Part shown: positions 52,939 to 64,000 of the stretch, piece after piece | Position numbering within the stretch: the stretch's first letter is position 1 | Layout: each line of letters begins with the position of its first letter | NCBI GenBank assembly: GCA_965261085.1 | Contig: OZ253442.1 | Coordinates: 1,472,001-1,536,000, forward strand | From: a bacterium | GTDB lineage: Bacteria; UBA8248 | Direction of reading: 5' to 3' | Length of the DNA: 64,000 nucleotides | Position numbers and translations under genes: made by a program | Notes under the pieces: model-generated | What the model was told of the DNA's origin: nothing | The model's input: only the letters and a program-made list of their open reading frames with translations | Databases searched by the model: none

Positions 52939-53072
52939 GCCTCTCCTCCCGCCGCCAAGATAGCAGAAAACGGCTGTCGACTCCTGGGAGAGAGGATGTT
53001 CCATGTCGAGGCGAACTCCATATTCGGGTGTCGTTCCGCGTCGGGGATGAGACAATCGGATTCGAGACGGGC

Positions 53073-53702
53073 CTAGAGGGTTCTCAAAACCGCGCGGGCG
53101 GGCGCGCCGTCGCGTCCCGTGAACAGGGCGGGCAGGGCGATGAGTTCATAATCGCCCTCTGGCGCATCGCTAAGATTCAAGCCTTCGAGCAGGACGACGC
53201 CCAAGGGCATCAGCAGCATGTGGACGGGCGCGTTGGGGTCGGGCGCATCCACGCCGAGATAATCCACGCCCAGTAGTTCCATCCCGTGGTCGTAGAGAAG
53301 CTGGCCGGCTTCCGCCGTCATGTGGCAGTAATTGGGGTGATATGGTTTCGCCCACCATCCCTCATCGGAGTTTCGCGTCTTGATGAGAAATCGCGTGGCG
53401 CCCTCCAGATTTTTCGTCGAGAGTTCTTCCGCCGTGATGCACTCGTGGTTTTCTATCGCGATCACCCGGGCGGGGCCCATGAGGGTTTCCAGGTCGAGCG
53501 TCTCGATGCCGCCCGCATCATGCAGGTAGTGCATGGGCGCGTCGAGATGCGTGCCGGTGTGCACGCCGAAGACGGCTTCGGTGAGGCAGACGTCGTCTCC
53601 CGCATCGAAGGATGTGTGAAAGCGCATCGAAAGCCCCGGATTCCCGGGATAGATGGGCATTTTTCCTTCTTCTACGGGAACCGAGATGTCGATGATGTCC
53701 AT
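53073..53702 (-). CDS. Cyclase family (KynB-like) metal hydrolase, copy 2
   Basis: HTGTHLDAP.H; C-terminal protein segment identical to copy 1. Confidence 0.9.
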   Translation of the reverse strand: MDIIDISVPVEEGKMPIYPGNPGLSMRFHTSFDAGDDVCLTEAVFGVHTGTHLDAPMHYLHDAGGIETLDLETLMGPARVIAIENHECITAEELSTKNLEGATRFLIKTRNSDEGWWAKPYHPNYCHMTAEAGQLLYDHGMELLGVDYLGVDAPDPNAPVHMLLMPLGVVLLEGLNLSDAPEGDYELIALPALFTGRDGAPARAVLRTL

Positions 53703-53870
53703 GCGCTTTCCTCCGGCGGGATGGGGCGGGATGGATGAGGCCAGAATATCAAAAAATGGCGGCAGGTGTCCAAGAGGGGGTTTTGGATGCGTTGGGCGAG
53801 GGAAGCGAACAGAGAGGGATGATGAAATTTATGGGAAATCCCAAGCGAAGCCGACGAAACCTTTTGCGCC

Positions 53871-55571
53871 TCAGACGCCGTCGACCTCAGAGTCTACCGG
53901 CGGGGTATAGAACAGGAAATCCGAGGCGTCCATATCATCGGTATCGACGTTCTCCAACGTGATCGAGCCGCCACCGTGAGCGGTGAGGTCGATAACGGTG
54001 TCATCCCCGTCCGCCGTGATCGTCAAATCCCCGATGCCTGTAATGCCCTTGATCGCGGTGAGGTCGATCGCGTCTTCGCCGTCGGTGAAATCCGTGATTA
54101 TATCGTTTCCATTATCGTCTTCGAATATGAATTGGTCCGTGCCTGCACCACCTGTGAGCGTGTCGTTCCCCGCCCTGCCGTATAACTTGTCCCAGTCTGC
54201 GCCGCCATAAAGCGTGTCGTCGCCTGCCTGGCCGTTGAGCAGATCACTCCCTTCGCCCCCATACAGCGTATCTTCATCACTGCCGCCATAGAGCCAATCG
54301 CCGCCTGAGCCGCCATACAACGTATTTTCGCCGGAGGTATCGGCAAGCAGATCGTTGCCTTCCCCGCCGTAGAGCTTGTCGTCTCCCGCGTCGCCATACA
54401 CGCGATCGGCGCCGCCGCCGCCCACGAGCGTGTCGTTTCCTGTACCGCCATGAAGCGCATCGTTGCCGGCGCCGCCTCGGAGGTAGTCGTCGCCGGCATT
54501 TCCGTGGATTTCGTCTTTATCTCCAAGGCCGTCATATCTGTCGTCACCCGAGGTCCCCTGGAACGTGTCCCTGCCATCGGTCCCGTACTGCCAGTCATCG
54601 TAATCCTCGACCGGAGGAGGCCCCGAGTCGGCGAAAATGAAGTCCCCTGCGTCAAGATTGTCGAGAGCGGTGCCATCAAGAAAGATGGTGCCGCCCCCGT
54701 TTTTGGTGAGGTCGATGGTGACGCCGTCATCGCTTTCAGTGATGCTCAGGTCGTTGAAGTTCGTGATCCCGGCAATCCCGGTCAGATCGATTTTGTCTGC
54801 CCCGGCGGTAAAATCGTAGATGGTGTCGTCTCCATGACCTGTGGCGAAAACGAATACGTCGTCCCCGCCATCGCCGTACATTTTATCGTCGCCGGTTCCG
54901 CCCACGATGGCGTCGGCTCCTGCGCCCCCCTCAAGGATGTCATCACCCTCGCCGCCGTAGAGTTCGTCGTCGCCTTCGTGGCCCGCCAGGCTGTCGGCTC
55001 CGGTCCCGCCATAGAGGGCGTCTTCGCCTGCGCCGCCTCTGAGAAAATCAGCGCCTTCATCGCCCTCGATGGTGTCGTCGCCCTCTCCACCATCAATGGT
55101 GTCGTTCCCTTCGCCGCCCGTGAGGGTATCTGCTCCACCCCCGCCGTATAGCAGGTCCGCAGCGGCGCCGCCCGTTATAGAGTCGTCCCCGCCGCCGCCT
55201 TCGATTCGGTCACCGTCGTCGTCGGCTTGGAGGACGTCGTTTGCCGAGGTGCCGCCGCCGTCCAGCCGAGAAAAAATGAAATCCCCGGCGTCCAGTTCAT
55301 CCAGGGAAAACTCTTGGAGAAGTATCGTGCCGCCGCCGTGTGCGGTGAGGTCGATCGTGACGCCGTTATCATCCGAAGTGATGGTCAGGTCGGAAAAGTT
55401 CGATATGCTGGAAAACGCGCTGAGGTCGATGAGGTCTTGCCCGTTGGTGAAGCCGGTGATGGTGTCGTTCCCGTAACTTGGGGCGATAACGAAGGTGTCG
55501 GCGTTCTCGGTTCCCGAGAGCGTTTCGTCGCCGTCTCCACCGGAAATCACATTGCGGTTATCGTCAGGCAT
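53871..55571 (-). CDS. RTX-type calcium-binding repeat protein
   Basis: Many GGxGxDxL nonapeptides; three copies of a D.I.(D/G)FT.G.D.IDL..DL.IT..IDLT..GGG.I.L..DA.DF module; no signal peptide. Confidence 0.9.
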   Translation of the reverse strand: MPDDNRNVISGGDGDETLSGTENADTFVIAPSYGNDTITGFTNGQDLIDLSAFSSISNFSDLTITSDDNGVTIDLTAHGGGTILLQEFSLDELDAGDFIFSRLDGGGTSANDVLQADDDGDRIEGGGGDDSITGGAAADLLYGGGGADTLTGGEGNDTIDGGEGDDTIEGDEGADFLRGGAGEDALYGGTGADSLAGHEGDDELYGGEGDDILEGGAGADAIVGGTGDDKMYGDGGDDVFVFATGHGDDTIYDFTAGADKIDLTGIAGITNFNDLSITESDDGVTIDLTKNGGGTIFLDGTALDNLDAGDFIFADSGPPPVEDYDDWQYGTDGRDTFQGTSGDDRYDGLGDKDEIHGNAGDDYLRGGAGNDALHGGTGNDTLVGGGGADRVYGDAGDDKLYGGEGNDLLADTSGENTLYGGSGGDWLYGGSDEDTLYGGEGSDLLNGQAGDDTLYGGADWDKLYGRAGNDTLTGGAGTDQFIFEDDNGNDIITDFTDGEDAIDLTAIKGITGIGDLTITADGDDTVIDLTAHGGGSITLENVDTDDMDASDFLFYTPPVDSEVDGV

Positions 55572-55646
55572 TTCGAGTCCTAATTATGATATGTGAGAAA
55601 GAATAACCCAATTCCCCGGCCTTGGGAAATTCGAATATCTCCCTTG

Positions 55647-56753
55647 TTATTCGTGCACGACGACGCTGCGGGCCACCTCGCCGTTCAGGAGCGCCTCGTA
55701 CGCCTCGTTGATCTGTGTGATGGGCCACTCCTTGGTGAGCAGATCGTCGAGATTCAGTTTTCCGGCCATGTAGAGATCGATGAGCCGGGGCACGAAGAGG
55801 CGCGGGTTGGATGAGCCGTAGAGGGAGCCGATGAGCCGTTTTTCCTCCGTCACCAGGACCGTGGGGGGAATCGACATTTTCGTCTTCACGCCCGCGATGC
55901 CTACGATGACGGCCGTGCCGCCCGTGCGCACGCTGTCGAACGCGGTGGACATCACCTCGGGCACGCCGATGAACTCGAAGGCGTAGTGCGCGCCCTTGCC
56001 GCCGGTGATCTCGCGGATGGCCTCTATCGCGTCCTCATCGGAGGAGTTCACCGTGTGGGTCGCGCCGAATTTTTTCGCCATCTCGAGTTTGTTCTGCATC
56101 AGGTCGATCGCGATGATGGGATCAGCCCCTATGAGGGCCGCCCCCTGAATCGCGTTCAGCCCCACGCCGCCCGCGCCGAACACGGCCACGCTCTCGCCCG
56201 GGGCCACCTTGGCGGCGTTCACCACAGCGCCCACGCCCGTGATGACGGCGCAGCTCAACACCGCCGCCTTCTCGAGCGACATGTCTTCTCTTATCTTGAG
56301 CACCGATTTCTCGGACATCACCGAGTGGGAACTGAACGTGGAGACGCCGAGAAAGTGGTGCACCTTCTCGCCGTTGACGGAAAAGCGCGTCGTTCCGTCC
56401 GAGAGCGTGCCGTCGGCCCGCATGCGGATGCCCTCGCCGCAGATGGCGGGCCGGTTCGAGAGGCAGAGCTCGCACGCGCCGCAGCTGTAGCGCCAGACGG
56501 ATACCACGTGATCGCCGGGCTTCACGGAGGTCACGCCGGGGCCTACTTCTTCCACTATCCCTGCGCCCTCATGGCCCATGACGATGGGAGTGGGCACCGG
56601 AAACAAGCCCACCATGGCGTGGTGGTCGCTGTGGCAGACGCCGCCCGCTCGGTAGTGCACGAGCACCTCGCCCGCCTTGGGCGGGGCCAACTCGATGGTT
56701 TCGATGGTCATCGGTTTGCCGACTTCGTGGAAGATGGCTGCTTTCATGGGCAT
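55647..56753 (-). CDS. Zn-dependent alcohol dehydrogenase (class III-like)
   Basis: GVCHSD, GHEGAG, CGACELC...C, SCAVITG, GAGGVG. Confidence 0.93.
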   Translation of the reverse strand: MPMKAAIFHEVGKPMTIETIELAPPKAGEVLVHYRAGGVCHSDHHAMVGLFPVPTPIVMGHEGAGIVEEVGPGVTSVKPGDHVVSVWRYSCGACELCLSNRPAICGEGIRMRADGTLSDGTTRFSVNGEKVHHFLGVSTFSSHSVMSEKSVLKIREDMSLEKAAVLSCAVITGVGAVVNAAKVAPGESVAVFGAGGVGLNAIQGAALIGADPIIAIDLMQNKLEMAKKFGATHTVNSSDEDAIEAIREITGGKGAHYAFEFIGVPEVMSTAFDSVRTGGTAVIVGIAGVKTKMSIPPTVLVTEEKRLIGSLYGSSNPRLFVPRLIDLYMAGKLNLDDLLTKEWPITQINEAYEALLNGEVARSVVVHE

Positions 56754-56869
56754 GCTCCTCGGTCGATGGGTATGCGCAAGGTTCGCTGAACCTGAGGCGA
56801 TATCTTGTATTTTCTCGTATTCTTACCCGAAAACGGGGTGAATTGCACACGCTGGTTCGTGTTTCGGCG

Positions 56870-56898
56870 TTGCAACTCGGGGAGCATCCGTATATGCT
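56870..56898 (+). promoter_or_regulatory. Promoter of the thi operon
   Basis: TTGCAA-17 bp-TATGCT, overlapped by the inverted repeat GGAGCAT-N6-ATGCTCC. Confidence 0.55.
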
Positions 56899-56912
56899 CC
56901 GGGGGGAAAGTT

Positions 56913-56998
56913 CCTGCTAGGGGTGTATGTGCTGAGAGCCTGAAGTCGCGGGCAACCCTTGGAACCTGCACTGGGTAATTCCAGCGAAGGGAAGCGGG
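56913..56998 (+). promoter_or_regulatory. TPP riboswitch aptamer
   Basis: CTAGGGG..GCTGAGA..ACCCTT.GAACCTG..CTGGGTAAT.CCAGCG.AGGGAA; P1 CCTGCT/AGCGGG; upstream of thiSG. Confidence 0.93.
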
Positions 56999-57019
56999 CC
57001 TGAGAATGCAGTCGTCTTT

Positions 57020-57051
57020 GGCCGCTCCCGAATCGCGGGGCGGCTTTTTTT
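57020..57051 (+). terminator. Riboswitch expression-platform terminator
   Basis: GGCCGCTCCCG..CGCGGGGCGGC followed by T7. Confidence 0.8.
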
Positions 57052-57094
57052 GATGGAATGTTTTATATGGGAAGCCGACTCAGGAGATGAATTC

Positions 57095-57295
57095 TTGCAA
57101 GTCCGGGTGAACGGAGAGGACAGGGAGCTGGATGCGGGCGCGACGATAGCCGCTCTTCTGGAATCCATGTCGCTCGAAGTCAACGGCATCGCCGTGGCGC
57201 TCAACATGGAAATTGTCCGCCGGGGCGAATACGGGGACACGCATTTATCGGATGGAGATGAGGTCGAGATTGTCCGCGCCGTGGGCGGGGGCTGA
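57095..57295 (+). CDS. thiS: Sulfur carrier protein ThiS
   Basis: TTG start with AGGAG SD; VNGE..AVALN.EIV..GDEVEIV.AVGGG. Confidence 0.93.
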   Translation: MQVRVNGEDRELDAGATIAALLESMSLEVNGIAVALNMEIVRRGEYGDTHLSDGDEVEIVRAVGGG

Positions 57296-57344
57296 TCATA
57301 AATAAAAACGGGCGCGGCCTTGGGAGCCTGCGCCGGGAGGGTGT

Positions 57345-58121
57345 GTGATGAGCACTTATGAGATCGGGGGCAGAACTTTTACTTCCCGCCTTTTGGTGGG
57401 TTCGGGCAAATATCCGAGTTTCGCCGTGATGCGCGATGCGCTCGAAGCGAGCGGAACGGAGATGGTCACCGTCGCCGTGCGCCGCGTGGACCTGGAAGAT
57501 GATTCTTCCGAGGGTTTCTGGGCGCATTTCGATAAAGAAAAATATACGATGCTGCCCAACACGGCGGGCTGCTACGACGTGAAGAGCGCGGTGACGACGG
57601 CGAGGCTCGCGCGCGAGGCCACGGGGTCTGATTTCGTGAAGGTCGAGGTCATCGGCGATGAGGACACGCTCTTCCCGGATAACGAGGGCCTGCTCGAAGC
57701 GTGTAAAATCCTGCTGGATGACGGCTTCATCGTCCTGCCCTACTGCATTGATGATCCCGTAATCTGCAAGAAGCTCGAACAGTTGGGCTGCCACGCCGTC
57801 ATGCCCCTCGCCGCGCCGATCGGCTCGGGCTTAGGCATACGAAACCCTTACAACCTCCAGATCATCATGCAGCAGATTTCGGTTCCCGTCATCGTGGACG
57901 CGGGCGTGGGCACGGCTTCGGACGCCGCGGTGGCGATGGAACTGGGCGCGACCGCCGTCTTGATGCAGACGGCCATCGCGGGCGCCGATGATCCGGTAAA
58001 GATGGCGCGCGCCATGAACCTGGGCGTCGAGGCGGGCAGGCTCGCGCATGAGGCCGGGCGCATTCCCATGAAGCTCTACGCCACGGCGTCGAGCCCGCTG
58101 GCGGGCGTCATCGGTTCTTGA
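57345..58121 (+). CDS. thiG: Thiazole synthase
   Basis: [39 protein letters not shown]. Confidence 0.97.
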   Translation: MMSTYEIGGRTFTSRLLVGSGKYPSFAVMRDALEASGTEMVTVAVRRVDLEDDSSEGFWAHFDKEKYTMLPNTAGCYDVKSAVTTARLAREATGSDFVKVEVIGDEDTLFPDNEGLLEACKILLDDGFIVLPYCIDDPVICKKLEQLGCHAVMPLAAPIGSGLGIRNPYNLQIIMQQISVPVIVDAGVGTASDAAVAMELGATAVLMQTAIAGADDPVKMARAMNLGVEAGRLAHEAGRIPMKLYATASSPLAGVIGS

Positions 58122-58140
58122 GATCGGCTTCGCGAAGACT

Positions 58141-58767
58141 TTGGAATCATTAAAACTCGACCCGCTCTATCTCATCACGGACAGGAACGCTCTCCCGTCA
58201 GGCGATCTCCCGCGCGCGCTGGAGGCCGCCTTCGCAGGCGGGGTGCGCTTCGTTCAGTTCCGGGAAAAGGATTTACCCTACGAGGAGCGTTTGAGCCTGG
58301 GGAGAGAAGTCGCCTCCCTCGCCGATGAACACGGCGCGCGACTGCTGGTGAACGGCGACCTCGAACTGGCCGAAGCCCTGAGCGCGGACGGCGTACACCT
58401 CGGCAAGGGCACGGTGAGTGTCTCGGCGGTGCGCGCGAGGGGGTATGCGGGCGTCATCGGCTATTCCGCCCACTCGGGAGTTGAGGCCGCGGGCGCGTTC
58501 GCCCAAGGCGCTGATTTCGTGACGCTGAGCCCGGTTTTCCCCACCAACAGCAAATTCTCATCCGGCCCCGTTTTGGGCCTTGATGCCTTCGAGCGCGAAC
58601 TCGCTGTCGCAGGCGGACCCGTCTATGCCTTGGGCGGCGTGGAGGCTGCGAACGCCTCCGCGTGTGTTGAGAGAGGCGCGCACGGGGTGGCGCTCATCGG
58701 CGCGATCCTGGGAGCCCGCGACCCCGCGCAGGCGGCGCGGGAGGTGCGGGCGGCGCTCGCGCTTTGA
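58141..58767 (+). CDS. thiE: Thiamine-phosphate synthase/TenI family protein
   Basis: LYLITD, VQFREK, DGVHLG, SAH, SPVFPT.SK, ALGG; ThiE versus TenI not resolved. Confidence 0.75.
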   Translation: MESLKLDPLYLITDRNALPSGDLPRALEAAFAGGVRFVQFREKDLPYEERLSLGREVASLADEHGARLLVNGDLELAEALSADGVHLGKGTVSVSAVRARGYAGVIGYSAHSGVEAAGAFAQGADFVTLSPVFPTNSKFSSGPVLGLDAFERELAVAGGPVYALGGVEAANASACVERGAHGVALIGAILGARDPAQAAREVRAALAL

Positions 58768-58880
58768 TCGCGCCGGTGCGCTTCTCCGCGCGCCTACTTG
58801 AGAAATCCCCCCGAATACACAACAATAGCGAAAAATCGCCAAAGATATAATTTCACATGACCGAGCCGGGAGGTTATCTC

Positions 58881-60836
<1,956 letters not shown>

Positions 60837-60841
60837 GTACA

Positions 60842-61230
60842 GTAGGGACAACCTCCTGTGGTTGTCCGTTCTCGGGATAAGCGCGATCGGGACAGGTGCG
60901 GGGTCTATTTTGTGTCTGCGATTCTCCCCCGTAGGGGCGCTTCGTGAAGCGCCCGCTTCCTCCTACAAGGGCCGTTCGCGAACGGCCCCTACGGTTCATT
61001 TCCGACTAAAGTGGGAGGAAATCTCGCCAAGACAATAATAGCGAGGTAAGCGGAAACACTCCCCCCTTCAGGGTCATTTCCGACCGAAGAGAGAGGGAAT
61101 GTCGCAGAGGCCGAGCCGTTTAAGCGACGGCTGATGCGGTGGGGGGTATGATTCTAAAATAAAAGCTCCCCCCACCGGTTCGCTTGCGGGCTGCGCCCTT
61201 AACTCACCGACTCCCCCTCAAGGGGGGAGT
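60842..61230. repeat. REP/REPIN and composite palindromic element cluster
   Basis: GTAGGGGCGCTTCGTGAAGCGCCC...GGGCCGTTCGCGAACGGCCCCTAC (60931-60991); ACTCCCCCCTTCAGGG...CCCCCTCAAGGGGGGAGT (61058-61230), related to 47727-48176. Confidence 0.8.
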
Positions 61231-61302
61231 AATTCTAATCGGGGCTGTTGAGTACATAAATATCAAGAAGAACGCCGACCGTCTCGGCGAAAAGGAGCAC
61301 CC

Positions 61303-62511
61303 ATGTCCTACCTATCCCATCTGGTATGCACCGATTGCGGGCGAACGCACGCGGCGGACGCGCTCGTCAACATCTGCGCCTGCGGGGGGTGTTTGTTCGC
61401 GTGTTACGACGTGGCGAGGCTCAAAAGTGAGGTGACGAGGGAGCAGATAAGCGACGGCCCGGCGACGCTTTGGCGCTATGCGCCTTTTTTGCCGGTGGAG
61501 AAGGCGGAAAACGTCGTCTCGCAGAACGAGGGCTGGACGCCGCTCCACCATGCGGAGCGGCTCGGGCGTGCGCTCGGTCTCGACGCGCTGTGGGTGAAGA
61601 ACGAGGGCGTGAATCCCACCGGCACCTTCAAGGATCGCGGCGCGAGCGTGGCCTTGAGCCGGATGCGCGAGTTGGGGGCTGCGCACGTGGTGTTGAACAG
61701 CTCGGGCAACGCGGGCGTGGCCTGGTCGTCCTATGCGGCGCGCGGGGGCGCGGCGTGCAGCGTTTTGCTGCCCCATGACGTCCCGGCGGGCGCGGTGCGC
61801 CAGTGCGCTCTTTTCGGCGCGCGCGTCTTCACGCTCGACGGCCACTGGTCGGAATCGGGGCGCATGGTTTTCGAGGCCGCAGGGGCGCACGGGTGGCACT
61901 ACGTAAACACGATGCGCGAGCCCTACCGGGTCGAGGGAAAAAAGACCATGGGCCTTGAAATCTGCGAGCAGTTGGGCTGGAAGTTGCCCGACGTCATCTT
62001 CTATCCCACGGGCGGGGGGCTGGGCGTCGTGGCGATTTACAAGGCGATAGCGGAGTTGCGCGAGATGGGTTGGGTGGAAGGGCCGGACCCAAGGCTCGTG
62101 GTGACTCAATATAAGGGGTGCGCGCCCATCGTGCGCGCCTTCGAGCGCGGAGAGGAGCACGTGGAGACTTGGGGGGAGATCGACATCATCCCCGGTGGCC
62201 TGAAATCGCCAAACCCCGCGGGAGGCGTTCACGTGCTCAGGCTGATTCGCATGACGAACGGCTCCGCCATCGCCCTCGGCAAAGAAGAAACGCTTCTCGC
62301 CGTGAAGGAACTGGCGCGTCACGAGGGGATTCTGGCCTGTCCCGAGGGAGCCACGACGCTGGCGGGCCTGAAACGCGCTCTTGAAGATGGCGTCGTTCGC
62401 CCCGATGAGCGCGTGGTGTTGATGAACACGGGCTCGGGCCTCAGATATTCGGACGCCTTAAGCGCCGCTGGCGTCACGACGCTTTCTGCGCGCGATGAGA
62501 TACCCGCCTAG
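61303..62511 (+). CDS. thrC: Threonine synthase family PLP enzyme
   Basis: CxxC..CxCG N-terminus, LWRY, EG.TPL, NPTGTFKDRG, SSGNAG, PYRVEGKKT, PTGGG, NTGSGL. Confidence 0.85.
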   Translation: MSYLSHLVCTDCGRTHAADALVNICACGGCLFACYDVARLKSEVTREQISDGPATLWRYAPFLPVEKAENVVSQNEGWTPLHHAERLGRALGLDALWVKNEGVNPTGTFKDRGASVALSRMRELGAAHVVLNSSGNAGVAWSSYAARGGAACSVLLPHDVPAGAVRQCALFGARVFTLDGHWSESGRMVFEAAGAHGWHYVNTMREPYRVEGKKTMGLEICEQLGWKLPDVIFYPTGGGLGVVAIYKAIAELREMGWVEGPDPRLVVTQYKGCAPIVRAFERGEEHVETWGEIDIIPGGLKSPNPAGGVHVLRLIRMTNGSAIALGKEETLLAVKELARHEGILACPEGATTLAGLKRALEDGVVRPDERVVLMNTGSGLRYSDALSAAGVTTLSARDEIPA

Positions 62512-62536
62512 AAATTTCTCTCTCGACGCTGACTTC

Positions 62537-64000
62537 TCACCCCGCTTTGCCGAGCATCTCTCGCGCGTGTTCTCGGGCGGCGTCCGTAATTTCGAGCCCC
62601 GTTCCCATGCGGGCGATCTCCTCCACGCGTTCTCCATCTTCTAAAAGCTCGATTCGCGTCGCCGTTCGGCCTTCGGCAACGTGCTTTTCCACCCGGAAGT
62701 GGCGCGCGCCCAGGCTCGCGACCTGGGGCAGGTGGGTGACGACGAGCACTTGATGGCTCTCCGAGACCCCTTTCAGTTTTCTTCCCACCACCTCGGCCAC
62801 GGCCCCGCCGATGCCGGCGTCCACCTCGTCGAAAATGAGGGTGGGGATCAAGTCGGCGCGTCTCAGGACGGATTCCAGGGACAGCATCAATCGGGAGAGT
62901 TCACCGCCAGAGGCGACGCGGCTCAGAGGTCGCGGCGGCTCACCGGGGTTGGGCGAGATGTGAAACTGCGCGCGGTCGACGCCATCGGCCCGAATAGCCA
63001 CCGCGCGCCCGCCGACGCGGATGAAGCCCTCGGGATCTTCTTGATGCGTGATGAACGTCTGGAATCTGGCGCCCGCAAGACCCAGTTCGGCCAAGGCATC
63101 TTCCATGCGCTCATCCAGACTTTGGGCGGCGCGCGCTCTTTCTTCAGACAGCGCGAGAGCGGCTTTCGAGAGGTCGGCGCGGAGCGCGTCGCGCGCATCC
63201 ACCAGGCGCGCCTCGGTTCCCTCCTCATCCGAGATAACGGCGAGGCTGTTCCGGCATTCCTCAAGATACGCGAGGCATTCCGCCTCATCGCTCCCGTATT
63301 TCCTGATCATCTCGCGAACCAGCGCGCGCCTCTCTTCGAGTGATTCCAGGCGTTCGGGGTCGTGTTCTATCCCTTCCGCGTAGTCGCGAAGAGAATCGGC
63401 GAGGCTCTCCAGTTGCGCCTGGGCGGATGCGGCTTCTTCCGCGAGGGGATGCAGAGATTCATCGAGACTGGCTATATCTTCGAGTCCCCTTTGGATTTCA
63501 CCCGTTTTCTCGACGATGGCCCCTTCCGCCTCATAGAGCCGCTTATAAAGCGAGGCGGCGCCTTCTATCAGGCGGCCGGCGTTTCTGAGCCGGGGGAGTT
63601 CAGCCTCGATTTCCGCCAGTTCGCCTGCGCGCAGCGCGGCTTTTTCCAGTTCTTCCACCTGAAAGCGCAGAAGATCAGCCCTTTGGGCGCGCTCGCGCAC
63701 ACCCTCATTGTGGGCCCTGAGTTTTTCCTCAGCGGTTTTCAGATCGCGCACGAGTTCGCCCAGTGCGGTTCTTTCCCCGCTCGTTTGCGCGAAATCATCC
63801 AGAAGCCCCAGGTGGCCGGCGGGGCGGAGGAGGCTCTGGTGCGCGTGCTGGCCGTGAATGTTCACGAGGCGCTCGCCCACCTGGGATAGCAGCGATGCCG
63901 TGCCGAGGACGCCGTTCAGATAGATACGGCTTCTGCCCGCCTCCGCGACCCTGCGCCGCACGATGAGTTCGCCTTCGTCCTCGATTTCGACGCCCGCTTC
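62537..64000 (-). CDS. recN: DNA repair protein RecN, partial (5' end outside the window)
   Basis: IHGQH, NPGE..PL.RVASGGELSR..L, FDEVDAG, VTHLPQVA, ERVEEIARM. Confidence 0.96.
   Translation of the reverse strand, partial: EAGVEIEDEGELIVRRRVAEAGRSRIYLNGVLGTASLLSQVGERLVNIHGQHAHQSLLRPAGHLGLLDDFAQTSGERTALGELVRDLKTAEEKLRAHNEGVRERAQRADLLRFQVEELEKAALRAGELAEIEAELPRLRNAGRLIEGAASLYKRLYEAEGAIVEKTGEIQRGLEDIASLDESLHPLAEEAASAQAQLESLADSLRDYAEGIEHDPERLESLEERRALVREMIRKYGSDEAECLAYLEECRNSLAVISDEEGTEARLVDARDALRADLSKAALALSEERARAAQSLDERMEDALAELGLAGARFQTFITHQEDPEGFIRVGGRAVAIRADGVDRAQFHISPNPGEPPRPLSRVASGGELSRLMLSLESVLRRADLIPTLIFDEVDAGIGGAVAEVVGRKLKGVSESHQVLVVTHLPQVASLGARHFRVEKHVAEGRTATRIELLEDGERVEEIARMGTGLEITDAAREHAREMLGKAG

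Noticed and set aside
52309-53218. Diversity-generating retroelement TR/VR pair
   Set aside because: Both copies are full genes, mismatches are not adenine-specific, and there is no reverse transcriptase in the window.

Overview
GC-rich bacterial chromosomal window, mostly housekeeping. It carries folE2, metH, tRNA-Leu-tig-clpP-clpX, tRNA-Val-thrS-infC-rpmI-rplT-pheST, zapB-zapA-6S RNA-ygfA-rny-ymdB, a mutase large subunit, alaS, mlaEDC, cspA, a stand-alone EF-G, pyrE, amidase-GerMN, bioA, a TPP riboswitch with thiSGE, acs, thrC and a partial recN. The Mla genes and the rny/ymdB/6S cluster suggest a diderm of deltaproteobacteria/Nitrospinota/Tectomicrobia-like affinity, which is inference only. 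No CRISPR array, integrase, transposase or prophage was seen. Standout observations: (1) tandem NrdR-type boxes controlling a 73-aa SHOCT-like orphan ORF rather than a ribonucleotide reductase, followed by a structured 3' RNA; (2) a small-protein plus retropepsin-like aspartyl protease module inserted between folE2 and metH; (3) a UGSC selenoprotein split at an in-frame UGA with a SECIS-like hairpin; (4) a cupredoxin-like gene whose probable C-terminal strand lies behind a TAG; (5) an unannotated 49-aa membrane peptide separating rpmI from rplT; (6) nested REP/MITE mosaics inserting into the loop of one shared hairpin; (7) two apparent pseudo-enzymes. All family assignments are from motif recognition, not database searches.
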